Assembly: GCF_001194135.2 (NCBI RefSeq)
Contig: NC_068986.1
Coordinates: forward strand, 63,064,893-63,100,813
Direction of reading: 5' to 3'
DNA from: Octopus bimaculoides
Lineage: Eukaryota
DNA length: 35,921 nt
The notes under the pieces were generated by a model. It was not told where the DNA came from. It saw nothing but the letters and a program-made list of their open reading frames with translations, and made no database searches. A program made the position numbers and the translations under genes. Of this stretch, positions 10,131 through 21,553 are shown piece after piece. Positions within the stretch are counted from its first letter, which is position 1. Each line of letters opens with the position of its first letter.

Positions 10131-10600
10131 AGAAGATGAAAGTTCAAAGCCCCCCACCCCACCCCCCAAAAAGCTGTCCTACTTGAATCATATTTAATGT
10201 GCTTATGTCCTATTTTAAGTAGTGCAGGTAAAACATTTATGCATTTTAAAAAGGTAGATTCCACTTTTAGTGCTTCCAGAAGTCAACATCTCTGAGATTG
10301 AAACAAGACACTTATTGAAAGTGAAACAAGACACTTATTTACGGCCGTAAATAGACTACACCCTGCAGCACAGAAAGAAAAACCTATGTAGGTTAGGTTT
10401 GATGAAGAAGTCGAACCATTTCTCCTGCCAAACAATATTGATGTAAGAAGGTCAAACCTTACGTTATAACAAACACTAACCAAAACCTGTAATATATGCC
10501 CTTTAATGTATTAATTTTTTTTTAATGTTCTAAAATGTTATTTACCTCATTTATAAATTAATTCAATTCTTCGATCTTTCTGGACAAATATATCTATCAT

Positions 10601-11319
10601 TGTAACTGCTGAGGACATACGTAAGCTCGCAAGGAATGAAGCCAGTATGCTCCGTTGGATGCGTAATGTCAATGTGAATACCCGTCAGAGTGTAAGTATC
10701 TTGAGAGAAAAGCTGAACATTAGAAGCATCAGTTGNNNNNNNNNNNNNNNNNNNNNNNNNNNNNNNNNNNNNNNNNNNNNNNNNNNNNNNNNNNNNNNNN
10801 NNNNNNNNNNNNNNNNNNNNNNNNNNNNNNNNNNNNNNNNNNNNNNNNNNNNNNNNNNNNNNNNNNNNNNNNNNNNNNNNNNNNNNNNNNNNNNNNNNNN
10901 NNNNNNNNNNNNNNNNNNNNNNNNNNNNNNNNNNNNNNNNNNNNNNNNNNNNNNNNNNNNNNNNNNNNNNNNNNNNNNNNNNNNNNNNNNNNNNNNNNNN
11001 NNNNNNNNNNNNNNNNNNNNNNNNNNNNNNNNNNNNNNNNNNNNNNNNNNNNNNNNNNNNNNNNNNNNNNNNNNNNNNNNNNNNNNNNNNNNNNNNNNNN
11101 NNNNNNNNNNNNNNNNNNNNNNNNNNNNNNNNNNNNNNNNNNNNNNNNNNNNNNNNNNNNNNNNNNNNNNNNNNNNNNNNNNNNNNNNNNNNNNNNNNNN
11201 NNNNNNNNNNNGGTGTTGCCATCCGGTTTCACCAGTCCTCAGTCAAGTCGTCCAACCCATGCTAGCATGGAAAGCGGACGTTAAACGATGATGATAATGA
11301 TGATGATGATGATGATGAT
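10601..11319 (+). mobile_element. 5'-truncated RTE LINE 3' end with (GAT)n tail (spans a gap)
   Basis: Translation VTAEDIRKLARNEASMLRWMRNVNVNTRQSVSILREKLNIRSI is RTE-like. The 3'UTR ccatgctagcatggaaagcggacgttaaac is followed by (gat)n. Confidence 0.8.
10736..11211. other. Assembly gap (N run)
   Basis: N characters. Confidence 1.
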
Positions 11320-13257
11320 TTTCATAGAAATCTTCTCTTTTCATCAATTGTTGCAATAAATCTTTTTCAATTGACATTAGTGCTAATCCAGACAGTCTTC
11401 TTTCTCCTGTCACATTTCTTTGGTATGTTTTGATTCTACTTAATACAGAAAAGGATCACTCTACAGAAGCAGTGGTAGACGGAATTGTCAAAATCAACTT
11501 GCACAGATTGAAGAGTTCTGACATAGCTTCAACAAGGTCACTGCTGTAAATGTAACTGATTAAATGACTTACACTTTGCTTTTTAAAATCTTTCATCACA
11601 TTGAGCTCACTTTGTAATCGTATTACATAAAAAATTTGCCATAAGTGATTTTTAAAGAATCTATAGAGTCTACAGGAAATTGTTTGCTATACTCATCAAC
11701 TTTGTTGAAATTCAAAAGTTCCATGAATTTAAACTCTTCTAAGGATGGATATCATGCTTTTATTTGGTCAACTATTGTATTGATAATTTTGTTATAAAGC
11801 ATTCTATAATGTCGTTGGGGCTCAATAGATATATTTTTGGATCTCTGAATTCCGATTTCTGCATTGACTCCATATTTTTCCCCTAACATATCATAAAAGA
11901 TTGAAAAATCAGCAAATTTGTTTTCGAGTACAGTTTTATCTATTTGCTCTTTACAATACACTATGTCATGACTTTTACTCTGGAGGATGTTAAATAAGAC
12001 GTCAGTAAAAGAAAAAATGTCACTGAATACTTCTAACAAAAATAAGAAGTCAGGAGCTTTTAAAGTGTGTAAGAATCCAATTGCTGAATTTATGGTGGTA
12101 TCATCCCATGCTTCAGGATTTTCAACGATGTGTTCAAAAAGGCTGATTATGAAATTATAATTTTCCTTTGTGGTAATAATAAGACATGAGGAGTAAATCC
12201 ATCTAGTTGCTGTTGCTTTCGGAAATCTTTTTTTAACAATGTTATCTAATGCATTAGCCCTTTTCAGTGATTTCGTAAAAAATGTACCCAGTCCGTTTAT
12301 TGTAGAAAAAATATCCTGCATTCTTTCAGAGCAGAGCATGATTGTGAAAGAACTAAATTTAGGATATGGGCACAACAATGAATAAAGATTGCACATTCAT
12401 ATTTCTTTCCTATTTTTGCCTCTAACCCATTTAATTGTCCTGCCATTGTAGCGGCACCATCATATGTCTGTGCAATCAATTTGTTTCCACATTCTCATGT
12501 CTCAATGCATTTAAAAACATGGCAACTTGATCAGAATGGCGGTATTTTCAAGTTTTAATCAGGAGTTTTACCCTTATCTTTGACCAATTCTCCAGCAGTG
12601 CTTGTGTACCTCCAGGTGTTTATTTCTTGTGGTGGATCTACCTACTTTACACTTGCCACTCACTTGACAATGTACGATGGCAGGCGAACACATTCTTCAT
12701 TCTTGATTGGGTATGTGAAATGGCTCTTCATTTTTCCCTTCGTTAAAGAACATTATTTCAATGACCCATAACTACTGCTGCAAATGAAGAAGTCTTTCTG
12801 GTTTTCATATTTCAAATACTTCTCGGACTGAACATGTGTTAATCCTTGTATTTGTCAACTTTTGATGGTTTTGCATCAAGTTTTGATGGTTATGTATTGT
12901 TACATCTCCATAGATCTCTTGACACTTTTCAGTAACTTTAGGGAATGGCTAAGGTGATATTTCTGCTCTCCTGCTTTACAAATCCTCTTGTTTTTTTTTT
13001 TTTTAGTGCCTCTTCTTTTGTTTATTTTGCTATAGCCCTTGTTGTTGCCGTTGTTGCTACTGGAGATGATTGTTCTCACTGTATAGTAGAGGTAGCAGTG
13101 GTGGTGCTTAATGTCATCAAAATTTGGTTGTGCTGTAGCTAAGTTAGTAGTGTCAATGTTGTTGCTGCTGTCATCACTGTTGCATGATGTCTTATGGTAG
13201 TTAGTCTAGTTTTTCCAGCTGCATTGTTGCTGTTGTTAATAATTTTGTTGCATCTTT

Positions 13258-13472
13258 AAGGTGGCGAGCTGGCAGGGTTGTGAGCATGCCAAGCAAAAAA
13301 CTTAGCAGTATTTTGTCTGTCTTTACATTCTGAATTCAAATACTGCCAAAGTTGACTTTGCCTTTCATCCTTTCGGGGTTGATAAAATAAGCACCAGTTG
13401 AACACTAGAGCTGATGTAATCGACTTACTCCTCTTACAAACTTGCTGGCCTTGTGCCAAAATTTGAGACCAA
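13258..13472 (+). mobile_element. SINE family B, sense orientation
   Basis: Runs aaggtggcgagctggcag..ttctgaattcaaatactgccaaagttgactttgcctttcatcctttcggggttgataaa..ggccttgtgcc, the reverse complement of the other copies. Confidence 0.8.
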
Positions 13473-13589
13473 TGATTTTGTTGCATCTGTAATGTTGTAG
13501 CTACAAATGCCTTTTCCTTTTCAATGGAAGGTATGATAGTGGAATTTTGTGGTAGAGGGTTAGCCAATTGCATCAATTTTAGTGCTTAA

Positions 13590-13705
13590 ATGGTACTTAT
13601 TTTATTGATCCTGAAAGAATGAAAGGCAAAGTCAACTTTGGTGACGAACTCAAAACATAATACCAGAAGAAATGCTAACCATTTTGGCGGCATGCTAATG
13701 TTTAT
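13590..13705 (-). mobile_element. SINE family B, partial
   Basis: Contains tggtacttattttattgatcctgaaagaatgaaaggcaaagtcaac..catgctaatg. Confidence 0.65.
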
Positions 13706-13749
13706 ACTGTCTCACTCTCTTTTAGCTCTTATGACTTCTGACCTTAAGA

Positions 13750-14290
13750 ATGCCCAATTGCAGTACCAGGCAGTGACTCTCATAGCTTCTGATTTTAACT
13801 GATTCAATGTGTTAACATATTTATGTCTTGTCTTGGTGCAAAAGATGGGCAACTATTCTCCTCAATGCCACAGATTTGCTTGTCAGTTATTTTATTTTAA
13901 CCAGTTGAGCATATCCTTTAGAGGCTGAAGATATGTGCATCCTTGATCACAAACAGGAGTAGTGCGGGAACATAATAGCCATGTGTTGAGAGGGATTTTT
14001 TGTGGTTTGAATAATTTGCCCTTGGAAACATGGGTGTTTTGTTCATCATCCTTAAACAACCCTTATTCAGGGATTTTATGAGCATGATTGGCAACTCAAC
14101 TTGAAGAAAATTCTAACTGGGCCCCACCTGCAAGGTTATGCACTGTTCTTGATATGAGGTCACCATGTTGTGCACATATGGTTGTGGTGCATGTGCCTGA
14201 TGTACCCTTATCAGATGGGTAATTATGATGAGTATGTCTGTATGTTTGTACTTCAGTGTCACTTTGGTGGCATCAGCTGCTCTCTCATTC
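13750..14290 (+). mobile_element. Unclassified retroposon-like repeat (LINE 3'UTR or SINE) ending in (AAT)n
   Basis: It is non-coding and of mixed composition, ending ctgctctctcattc directly at (AAT)12. I recognise it as an octopus-type interspersed repeat but see no second copy in the window. Confidence 0.4.
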
Positions 14291-14326
<36 letters not shown>

Positions 14327-14520
14327 CTTCTCTACTATAGGCACAAGGCCTGAAATTTTGCAGGAGGGGGCTAATCAATTACATCAACCCTTGTACTCAA
14401 CTGGCACTTAATTTATTGATCCCAAAAGGATGAAAGGTAAAGTTGACCTCAGGAGAATTTGAACTCAGAACAGATGAAATGGCACAAAGCTTTTTGCCCA
14501 ACATGCTTATAATTCTGCCA
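14291..14520 (-). mobile_element. SINE family B with (ATT)n tail
   Basis: (aat)12 is followed by cttctctactataggcacaaggcc..aaggatgaaaggtaaagttgacctc..aattctgcca. Confidence 0.8.
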
Positions 14521-15390
14521 AAAATAATAACTAGCAGTACCTGTGAAAATTCCATGATAAATTTGAAATTATTTAATAGGTTGTAAGTTTATGTAGTTAT
14601 TCTAGTGATTTGTCCCTTGCTTCTCTTTACATTATTGCCTGTAGTGTCTCAATCTTTCTCTAACTTACATTGTCTGTCATTCATATTGTATAAACAAATA
14701 ATAATTTTCAAGTGAGCAGATGATAAATATTTGCATTTACGTGCATGCATTAAATAATAGGCAATATAAACCATTTAGTTCAATTAAAATAGAAAAAAAA
14801 CTACACTTCTCAGAATCTACTCACCACCATCACCTCCAACACCACCATCATCACCATCATCATCACCACCATAATTATAGTTTTCAGTAATGAAGCTCAG
14901 TCTGAGTTGTTTGCCAACCAAGATTACTTGATTTTGCTCCAGCTCACTTGTTTGGTTATATATACTTTTCTTGCTGTCAATATAAAGTTCGAAAAACAAG
15001 TTTCGTTTTTAAAAATAACATTCATGGCTAGTTATTGCACTTAGGTTGAAAAATTTATCTTTCTATGATAAGTTTGTTATTATTATTCCTTCTTCTGTCA
15101 ACCCATCAATGTATTTGTCAATGTGGATAGATAAATAAACAGAAGATACAAAAAATTGAATATTAAAATATTTTCTTGTTACTCACAATGATATATGATG
15201 TTCAAAATTTCCCTCTGCTAAATACTTCATCTCTCTCTCCCTCCCCCTCTCTTTCTCTCTCTATCTGCTTTTTGACTGTCATTCCCCTCTTCACATCATA
15301 ATCATTTCTCTCTTTCTTTCTTTTCATCTCTCACTTCCACTAACCACATGACAGCTTAATGCATTGGTTAGCAATAACACCATTACTCAT

Positions 15391-15500
15391 TCTCTCCTCT
15401 CCCTTTCTCTCCTCTCCCTTTCTCTCCCCTCCCTTTCTCTCCTCTCCCTTTCTCTCCTCTCCCTTTCTCTCCTCTCCCTTTCTCTCCTCTCCCTTTCTCT
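15391..15500. repeat. 15-bp pyrimidine tandem repeat (tctctcctctccctt)n within a CT-rich tract
   Basis: About 7 near-identical units can be read directly. Confidence 0.85.
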
Positions 15501-15802
15501 CTCTCACTCACTCCATTCTCTCCTCCCCCTCTCTCTCTCAATGCCTTTCTTTAACCTCACCATCAGAACATCACCCCACTGCTAAACATTGTATTTCTAA
15601 CTCTCTTCCTCCATATCAATCACACCCTTCAACTAACTTTTTAACTACGTTATAAATATTACGATTCCTCTGCCTCACATCATGGACGCTTCTCTCTCCT
15701 ACTTTTTGCTCTCCATATTTATTTCTTCATCTTTCCTTCTTGCTCTTTGCCTTTCTCTTTTTTTCTGTCTCCCTCTTTTTTTTCTTCGTTTCTTTCTTTC
15801 TT

Positions 15803-16098
15803 CCTAAGCATTTTGCTTGGTGTGTTTATGATTCTGCCAGCTTGCTGCCTTTAATAATAATAATAATGATAATTACAACAACAATAATAATAATGATTTC
15901 AAACTGTGGCACAAGTTCAGGAAAGTGGGCAAGTCGATTACATCGACCACAGTGTTTGGGTGGTACTCTTTTTATCAACCTCGAAAGGATGAAAGGCAAA
16001 TTTGACCTTGACGGAATTTGAACTCAGAATGTAAGGATGGACAAAATGCCAATAAGCATTTCGCCCACTGTGCTAATGACTCTGCCAGATCACCTCCT

Positions 16099-16147
<49 letters not shown>

Positions 16148-16358
16148 TGATGATGATGATGATGATGATTTCAAATTGTGACACAAGGCCATCAAGTTTA
16201 GGGAAGGGGGCAAGTCGATTGCATCAACCCCAGTGTTTGGCTGGTACTCTTTTCATCGACCTCAAGAGGATGAAAGGTAAAGTCAACCTTGGCGGAATTT
16301 GAACTCAGAACATACCAACGGGCAAAATACTACTAAGCATTTCGTCCAGTGAGCTAAC

Positions 16359-16393
<35 letters not shown>

Positions 16394-16615
16394 TAACAAT
16401 AAATGTTTCTGCTATAGTCACAAGGTCTGAAATTTGGTGTGAGGGTAGTTGATTACATCGACCCGAAAATTTGACAGGTATTTATTTTATCAATTCCATG
16501 AAGATGAAAGGCAAAGTTAACCTCCATGGAATTTTACCTTAGAGCATAAAGACAAACAAAAATACAGCTTAACATTTTGTTTGGCATGCTAATAATTTTG
16601 CCAGCTTACTACCTT
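15803..16615 (-). mobile_element. Head-to-tail array of four family-B SINE copies separated by (AAT)n/(GAT)n
   Basis: Copies lie at about 15803-15851 (head only), 15896-16099, 16168-16357 and 16404-16615. Trinucleotide runs separate them. Confidence 0.85.
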
Positions 16616-16616
16616 T

Positions 16617-16793
<177 letters not shown>

Positions 16794-17504
16794 ATAAAGG
16801 GGAAAAACACAAGACTCATGCATATACCATAGACATTAAAATGGTTTAAGGTAGACTGTACATTTTCAATAGTTTCAATAAACCAATATTTCTGTAAATC
16901 CAGTGGAACTTCTCTTATTTTTGTATTTGTTTTTTGCTGTCTGCAGATGATTAAATCAAGCATATTGATTGGGAGTTGAATGTTATTCTTTGAGATCAGG
17001 TATGAATAGTCAACATCTATTATAACTACAGTTATAAGTGATCAATAGTCAAACAGCTGATTTATTCGTGGAAATCATAGCTTCATTTTGCATACTCTCT
17101 TATCTTTAGATTTCTTCATTTCATTCTATAATGGCAAGTATTCTAAGAAAACTTCTGGTTTGGCTTTTTCCCAAATTCCAGTAAAATGGTTTTTATATAA
17201 ATTCTATCATGATGGCCTCATAAAAACTTCCCTTTTGTTTTGTAAATGCACTTTTCTAATTGCTTTTTCTAACATGACACATTAAGTCACATAAAAATTA
17301 CTACATTCACCAAAGTAAAGACATGTTGGTGTAAAAGTTACTCAACCATTTAGAAGAGTCATGATTAGAATTAAGGCTAGGGTTTCAAGGGTACATTTTA
17401 GGGGAAATTTATTTGTACTTTTATACTACACTCAAATCTGTTTCAGTATCTGTTAAAATGAAATCCTCCTCTTCCTCCTCATCCTCCTTCAAGTTGTTGT
17501 CATC

Positions 17505-17650
17505 TTCATTGTTGTTGTTGTTGACGTCACTTTTGCATTCACTTTTTCCATGTTGGCACAGGTTAGATGATACTTTTTGAGGCAGTGATGTACTGACTGA
17601 TGCCCTTCCTGATGTCAACCTTTTCTTATTTTCAAGCAAAGCACTATGTT
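17505..17650 (-). mobile_element. Fragment of a SINE/LINE 3' end related to the RTE-type tail
   Basis: (gtt)n is followed by ttttccatgttggcacaggttagat..gatgcccttcctgatgtcaacc, which resembles 34912-35060. Confidence 0.4.
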
Positions 17651-17759
17651 CCATCTTTTCATATGTGAAATTGCTGAGTTTTAAAGCATATTGTTTTATG
17701 TGGTAAATAAACAAATATCATTGCTTACCCAAGCGGTGTCAATGTGAAGATACATGGGA

Positions 17760-17957
17760 ACACACACACGTGCACACATACACACACACATACACACACA
17801 TACATATGTATATGGTGGGCTTCCTTACAGTTTCTATCTACCTAATTTCACTCATAAAACATTGTTCACTCAAGTCTATCACAGAAGACACAACATTTGT
17901 ATAGTAAGATTGAAGCAAAAATCATGTGCCTGAGAAACAAACTTCTTAACCACATAC

Positions 17958-17960
<3 letters not shown>
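17760..17960 (-). mobile_element. Degenerate SINE family A
   Basis: (CA)n is followed by ggcttccttacagtttctatctacc..agaagacac..aaacttcttaaccaca, which aligns with 33090-33241. Confidence 0.55.
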
Positions 17961-18012
<52 letters not shown>

Positions 18013-18167
18013 CACACACAAACATATATATAGGGACATTGACTGACGAAAGAAAACCATGAATGACTCATTCTTTTTTTTCCCCATCATTCCAATTGTT
18101 GTTTTCTTGTTCGCCATTTATCATCTATTTGTCTGGATGTTTTATTGTCCTCTTTTGCAGGTGCAAG

Positions 18168-18286
18168 TTCAGTCCCATTGCGTGACACCTTAGGCAAGTG
18201 TCTTCTACTATAGCCTCAGGTCAGCCAAAGCCTTGTGAGTGGATTTGGTAGACAGAAACTGAAAGAAGCCCATTGTATATATATAT
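18168..18286 (+). mobile_element. SINE family A, 5' half ending in its (TA)n tract
   Basis: Reads agttcagtcccattgcgtgacaccttaggcaagtgtcttctactatagcc..gaaactgaaagaagcccattg(ta)n. The CORE-like motif is gtgacaccttaggcaagt. Confidence 0.85.
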
Positions 18287-18405
18287 GGTGACCGGTAAAT
18301 TCCACTGCAGTAAATTCCACTACAGAAAATTCCATCAGGTAAATTTCACCATAGGTAAATTCCACCATGGTATATTCCTCCATGGTAAATTTCACCACAA
18401 GTAAA

Positions 18406-18630
18406 ATTATCATCATCATCATTATTTTTATCAGTGCCTTTGCACAGCTTCTAACACTGGAGATGTATTACAGTGTCTGCCGTTCACTACCAGTGAACTA
18501 AGGTAACACCTCTTATTTTTCAAGCACCTTCCGGAGTATTCTAGCAGTTTCAAGCAGTGCTGTTTTCTGTAAGTGCGCCACCTTTATTGCAGCCCCTATT
18601 TGTTCCATGTACTTCTCGAAATTTTTTCTC
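18406..18630 (-). mobile_element. R4/Dong LINE extreme 3' end embedded in AAT/GAT microsatellite
   Basis: Translation RKNFEKYMEQIGAAIKVAHLQKTALLETARILRKVLEK* matches the R4/Dong C-terminus (QKxALLGTARILRKVL). A short 3'UTR follows, with trinucleotide tracts on both sides. Confidence 0.8.
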
Positions 18631-18899
18631 ATTATTATGATTATTATTATTATTATTATTATTATTATAGGGGTTACGGTATTATGGAAATAAAAAAAGA
18701 ATGCATAAAAAATAAAATCAATAATGCCAATGATTATGAAAAATACGAGGGAGAAAAAAATAATTAATGAACAATCACACAAAGAAATACATGGTGAATA
18801 TTTTAAACACCTGAATGAAGAAACAGTATCAAAAAGAGATTCATTGAAATTTATAAAACGAATACTCAATGATAGATAAAAATATTATACAGTATTTAC

Positions 18900-19900
18900 A
18901 AGACAGGAACAATTACTATGGAAGAAGAAAGGCATAAAATATTGTAAAAAACAAAGGAAATATCGAACATATGGCAATACAATGTGGAAAAATAGCACAG
19001 TGCCTAAGATGGGAGGAATATATGGTTAGTCGCCAAATCACATGGAAAGAACTTTGGGCTTGGGAACAAGCAGAACATCTTTCCTGAACAAGTCCACCTT
19101 TGATGTTTTGCCATCACCGGCCAACTCAGTCCAGTGGAGCATACAAACAGCTGATGAATGTAAATGCAGAGAAAAAGCAATGATGAGACCTGTCCTGTCA
19201 AACTGCAGGCTGGCACTAGACAGATATACATGACATCACAACCAAGTCCTCGGTGTTATATGCACAGCATGTAAGGAGAAGATTGAGGAGTACAATAGGG
19301 GAGAGTACCCGAAAATGGAAAAGCATGGAAGGATATACTTCCAGAAAGAGGGAAAAGGACATAAGACCAGGTCCAGAAAAGTATACAAGACAGACGAAAG
19401 ATGGAAAGGATACTGGGAGCTGGCCGTAGATCTAGAAAGACAAGTAAAATTCCTGCTCATAATAACAACAAAAAGACCAGACTTAATTCTTTGGAATACA
19501 GAACAGAAAATTGAAATTTTGATAGAGCTGACAGTGCGATGGGAAGAGAACATCGCTAATGCAGAGCGATGGAAGGAGAGGAGGTATGAGAGATTAATAA
19601 AAGAGTGCAGGGAACAAGGGTGGGCAGTTGAATATTACCACTTGGTAGTGGGGGGTGAGAGGCTTCATTGAAAGGAAAATGGCAACGCTATTTAAAAGAA
19701 GATTTGGATTTTCAAGCATTGAGCTGAGAAAACTAATAAGGAGGATACAGGAGGCAGTTGAAAAGGCCAGCTTCTATATATGGCTGAAACGAGAAGACTT
19801 AAAATGGCTCAAAAGCCATAACCTGCTGACTGAGAAATAGCATCACCAGGTGAGGCTGACTGACACTTAAACAGCATTGCTACTTGACAGGTCACCCAAT
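18900..19900 (+). pseudogene. 5'-truncated HERO-clade LINE (zinc knuckle plus restriction-like endonuclease)
   Basis: It reads RWEEYMVSRQITWKELWAWE..STFDVLPSPAN..CKCREK..VLSNCRLALDRYT*HHNQVL..RPDLILWN..IELTVRWEENI..KERRYE..GFI..EKASFYIWLKR. Frameshifts are present. Confidence 0.8.
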
Positions 19901-20262
19901 GGAAATTATCTCATTCATTGCATGCCCACCCTCCCCAACAGGTCAAAGGTTTGATAGTTAGTTCTCTTTGACTGATGGAGCTGAAATTCAAACAACTCTG
20001 TTGGAAGGTAGGCCTAGAGAGAGCACAGGCCAAAATTATGCACCCTTCCCCTCTATTGGTCAGTTGAAGCTTAAGTTGTGTTACAAGACAGTTAACTAGC
20101 AATAGTGAATGGAGCCTACTGGCAAGTTTTTAAACAGGAAATCTGACAAGGACACTGCATTGAATAATCGGAAAAAAAAAAAAAACAAGGAAAAGAAAAT
20201 GATGCGCACTCAACACCAGAGCTGAAGACACCTCCGAGGAATTAACTCTGACTCCCTCAACT

Positions 20263-21013
20263 ATGGCTACCACATTTATCACATCTGAAAAGAACAAACA
20301 AAAGTTTTGTGATGAAGAGAATTATATATACAAAAAGCATGGAAGCAACAATAGAAAAACCAAGACGTATTGTCGTTGTGAGTGGTTTTATAAAGGTTGC
20401 CGAGCTAGATTGCATACAACTTACAAAAGCAGTGAACCAGAAGTAATTTTTTCATTGGGCTCCTATAATCACTCTGCAAGCAGTGCACAGGTTGATGGAA
20501 GATATGTGCACTTGTTGAGAGTATGAGATACAACACAAATGAAAGTTCTCAGCATTTTTGCCAATTGAAGAAGTTGTCAATGTATTTTAAGATTTGTCTG
20601 ATGATGAAGACATCCCATCTGAGCGTATCACCTATTTTGAGATTATATACATTAGGATTGTAAGGGGGTGCGGTCGTCATTGGCGAAGAGAAACCCCACA
20701 TTTTCCTATACAACTCTGGAATGTATGTGATTGCGTCTTAAAAGACTTGCCAAGATCAAATAATTCTTTAGAAGGTTTCTACAATGCTTTGTGCTCATCA
20801 CTAACATCCACAGATCCAAATTTGTGAAAACTATGCATCGCCCTTAAAGCTGAGGAAGGATTAAGCCAGATAGAAATTGCACACATTTGACGTGGCGACT
20901 AAAAAAAAGAGACCTACCAAATTATTGTTGCACGACTGAAGAAGCTAGTTCAGGAATATCAAAATGAAAGCCCTTTGCGATTTTTAAGAAGTATTGCACA
21001 CAATTTGTCGTAA
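20263..21013 (+). pseudogene. FLYWCH-MULE transposase with large internal deletion
   Basis: The N-terminus YIYKKH..TYCRCEWFYKGCRARLHT..YNH is FLYWCH-like. It is joined directly to C-terminal AFLPIEEVV..YFEIIYI..FPIQLWNV..LPRSNNSLEGF..FLRSIAHNLS*. The two catalytic D motifs are absent. Confidence 0.8.
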
Positions 21014-21513
21014 GAAATTTTTTTTAAATAAATTAAATTTTCTTATCCTAAACCTGCTTCACAATGTACTCACTGTTATTTTTTATCCTCTTGTAATAAT
21101 AAAATGTGAGCTAAAATTTAATCTTTTCTTTCTTTATCTCAAATTATATTACTTTTGAAATTTTGTGATGAGTCTTTTTCATAGATTCTTGCTTGATGGG
21201 AGTACATTAAAGCGATTCCATCTCAATTCAAGTAGATTATAAAGATTATTTTCTATCTCATCTTCAGACTTTCTCTCTCTCTCTTCTTAAGACTTGAGAG
21301 ACAGACAGATTAAATAACATAAGTATTGACCCATGGTCTAGAGAAACTGACGACAGTGATTATTAGCAGGAGCAGCCTATACTGGAAGTCTGTCCATGGG
21401 TGGAATTTACCATGGTGGAATAAACTGTGGTGATGGAATTTACCACTGTGGAATTTACCGCTGTGGAATTTACCTAGAACCATATGTATGTATATATATA
21501 TATATATATATAG

Positions 21514-21520
<7 letters not shown>

Positions 21521-21553
<33 letters not shown>

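Larger units (their letters stand above)
10547..12540 (-). pseudogene. hAT transposase pseudogene, N-terminally truncated and interrupted by an RTE fragment
   Basis: It reads LIAQTYDGAATMAG..IFIHCCAHILNLVL (CxxH), ATRW, and the dimerisation domain LILTIPSTTASVE*SFSVLSRIK..RLSGLALMSIEK. After the RTE insertion it resumes as IDIFVQKDRRIELIYK* (stop at 10547-10549). Confidence 0.85.
18287..21481 (+). mobile_element. Mutator-superfamily (Phantom-like) element with tandem-repeat TIRs, about 3.2 kb, carrying nested LINE fragments
   Basis: The left end is ggtgaccggtaaattcc plus about 7 units of about 15 bp (ggtaaattccacca). The right end is the reverse complement, with about 5 units ending ggaatttacctagaacc. 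FLYWCH and MULE transposase remnants lie inside. Both flanks are TA-rich, so the TSD is ambiguous. Confidence 0.8.

Noticed and set aside
10352-10365. Possible hAT right TIR (tagactacaccctg) pairing with about 8038-8051
   Set aside because: Only about 9 of 14 bases match and no TSD is present.
12550-12950. Very old RTE fragment on the - strand (QVSGKCKVGRS resembling QVEGxCxRGRP)
   Set aside because: The match is too short and spread across frames, so the region is left unassigned.
14889-15045. Exon-like open stretch NEAQSELFANQDYLILLQLTCL after ttttcag
   Set aside because: There is no convincing donor site and no recognisable homology.
18287-18405. CRISPR-like or satellite array of 15-bp repeats
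   Set aside because: There are no spacers, the context is eukaryotic, and an inverted counterpart at 21397-21481 marks it as a transposon TIR array.
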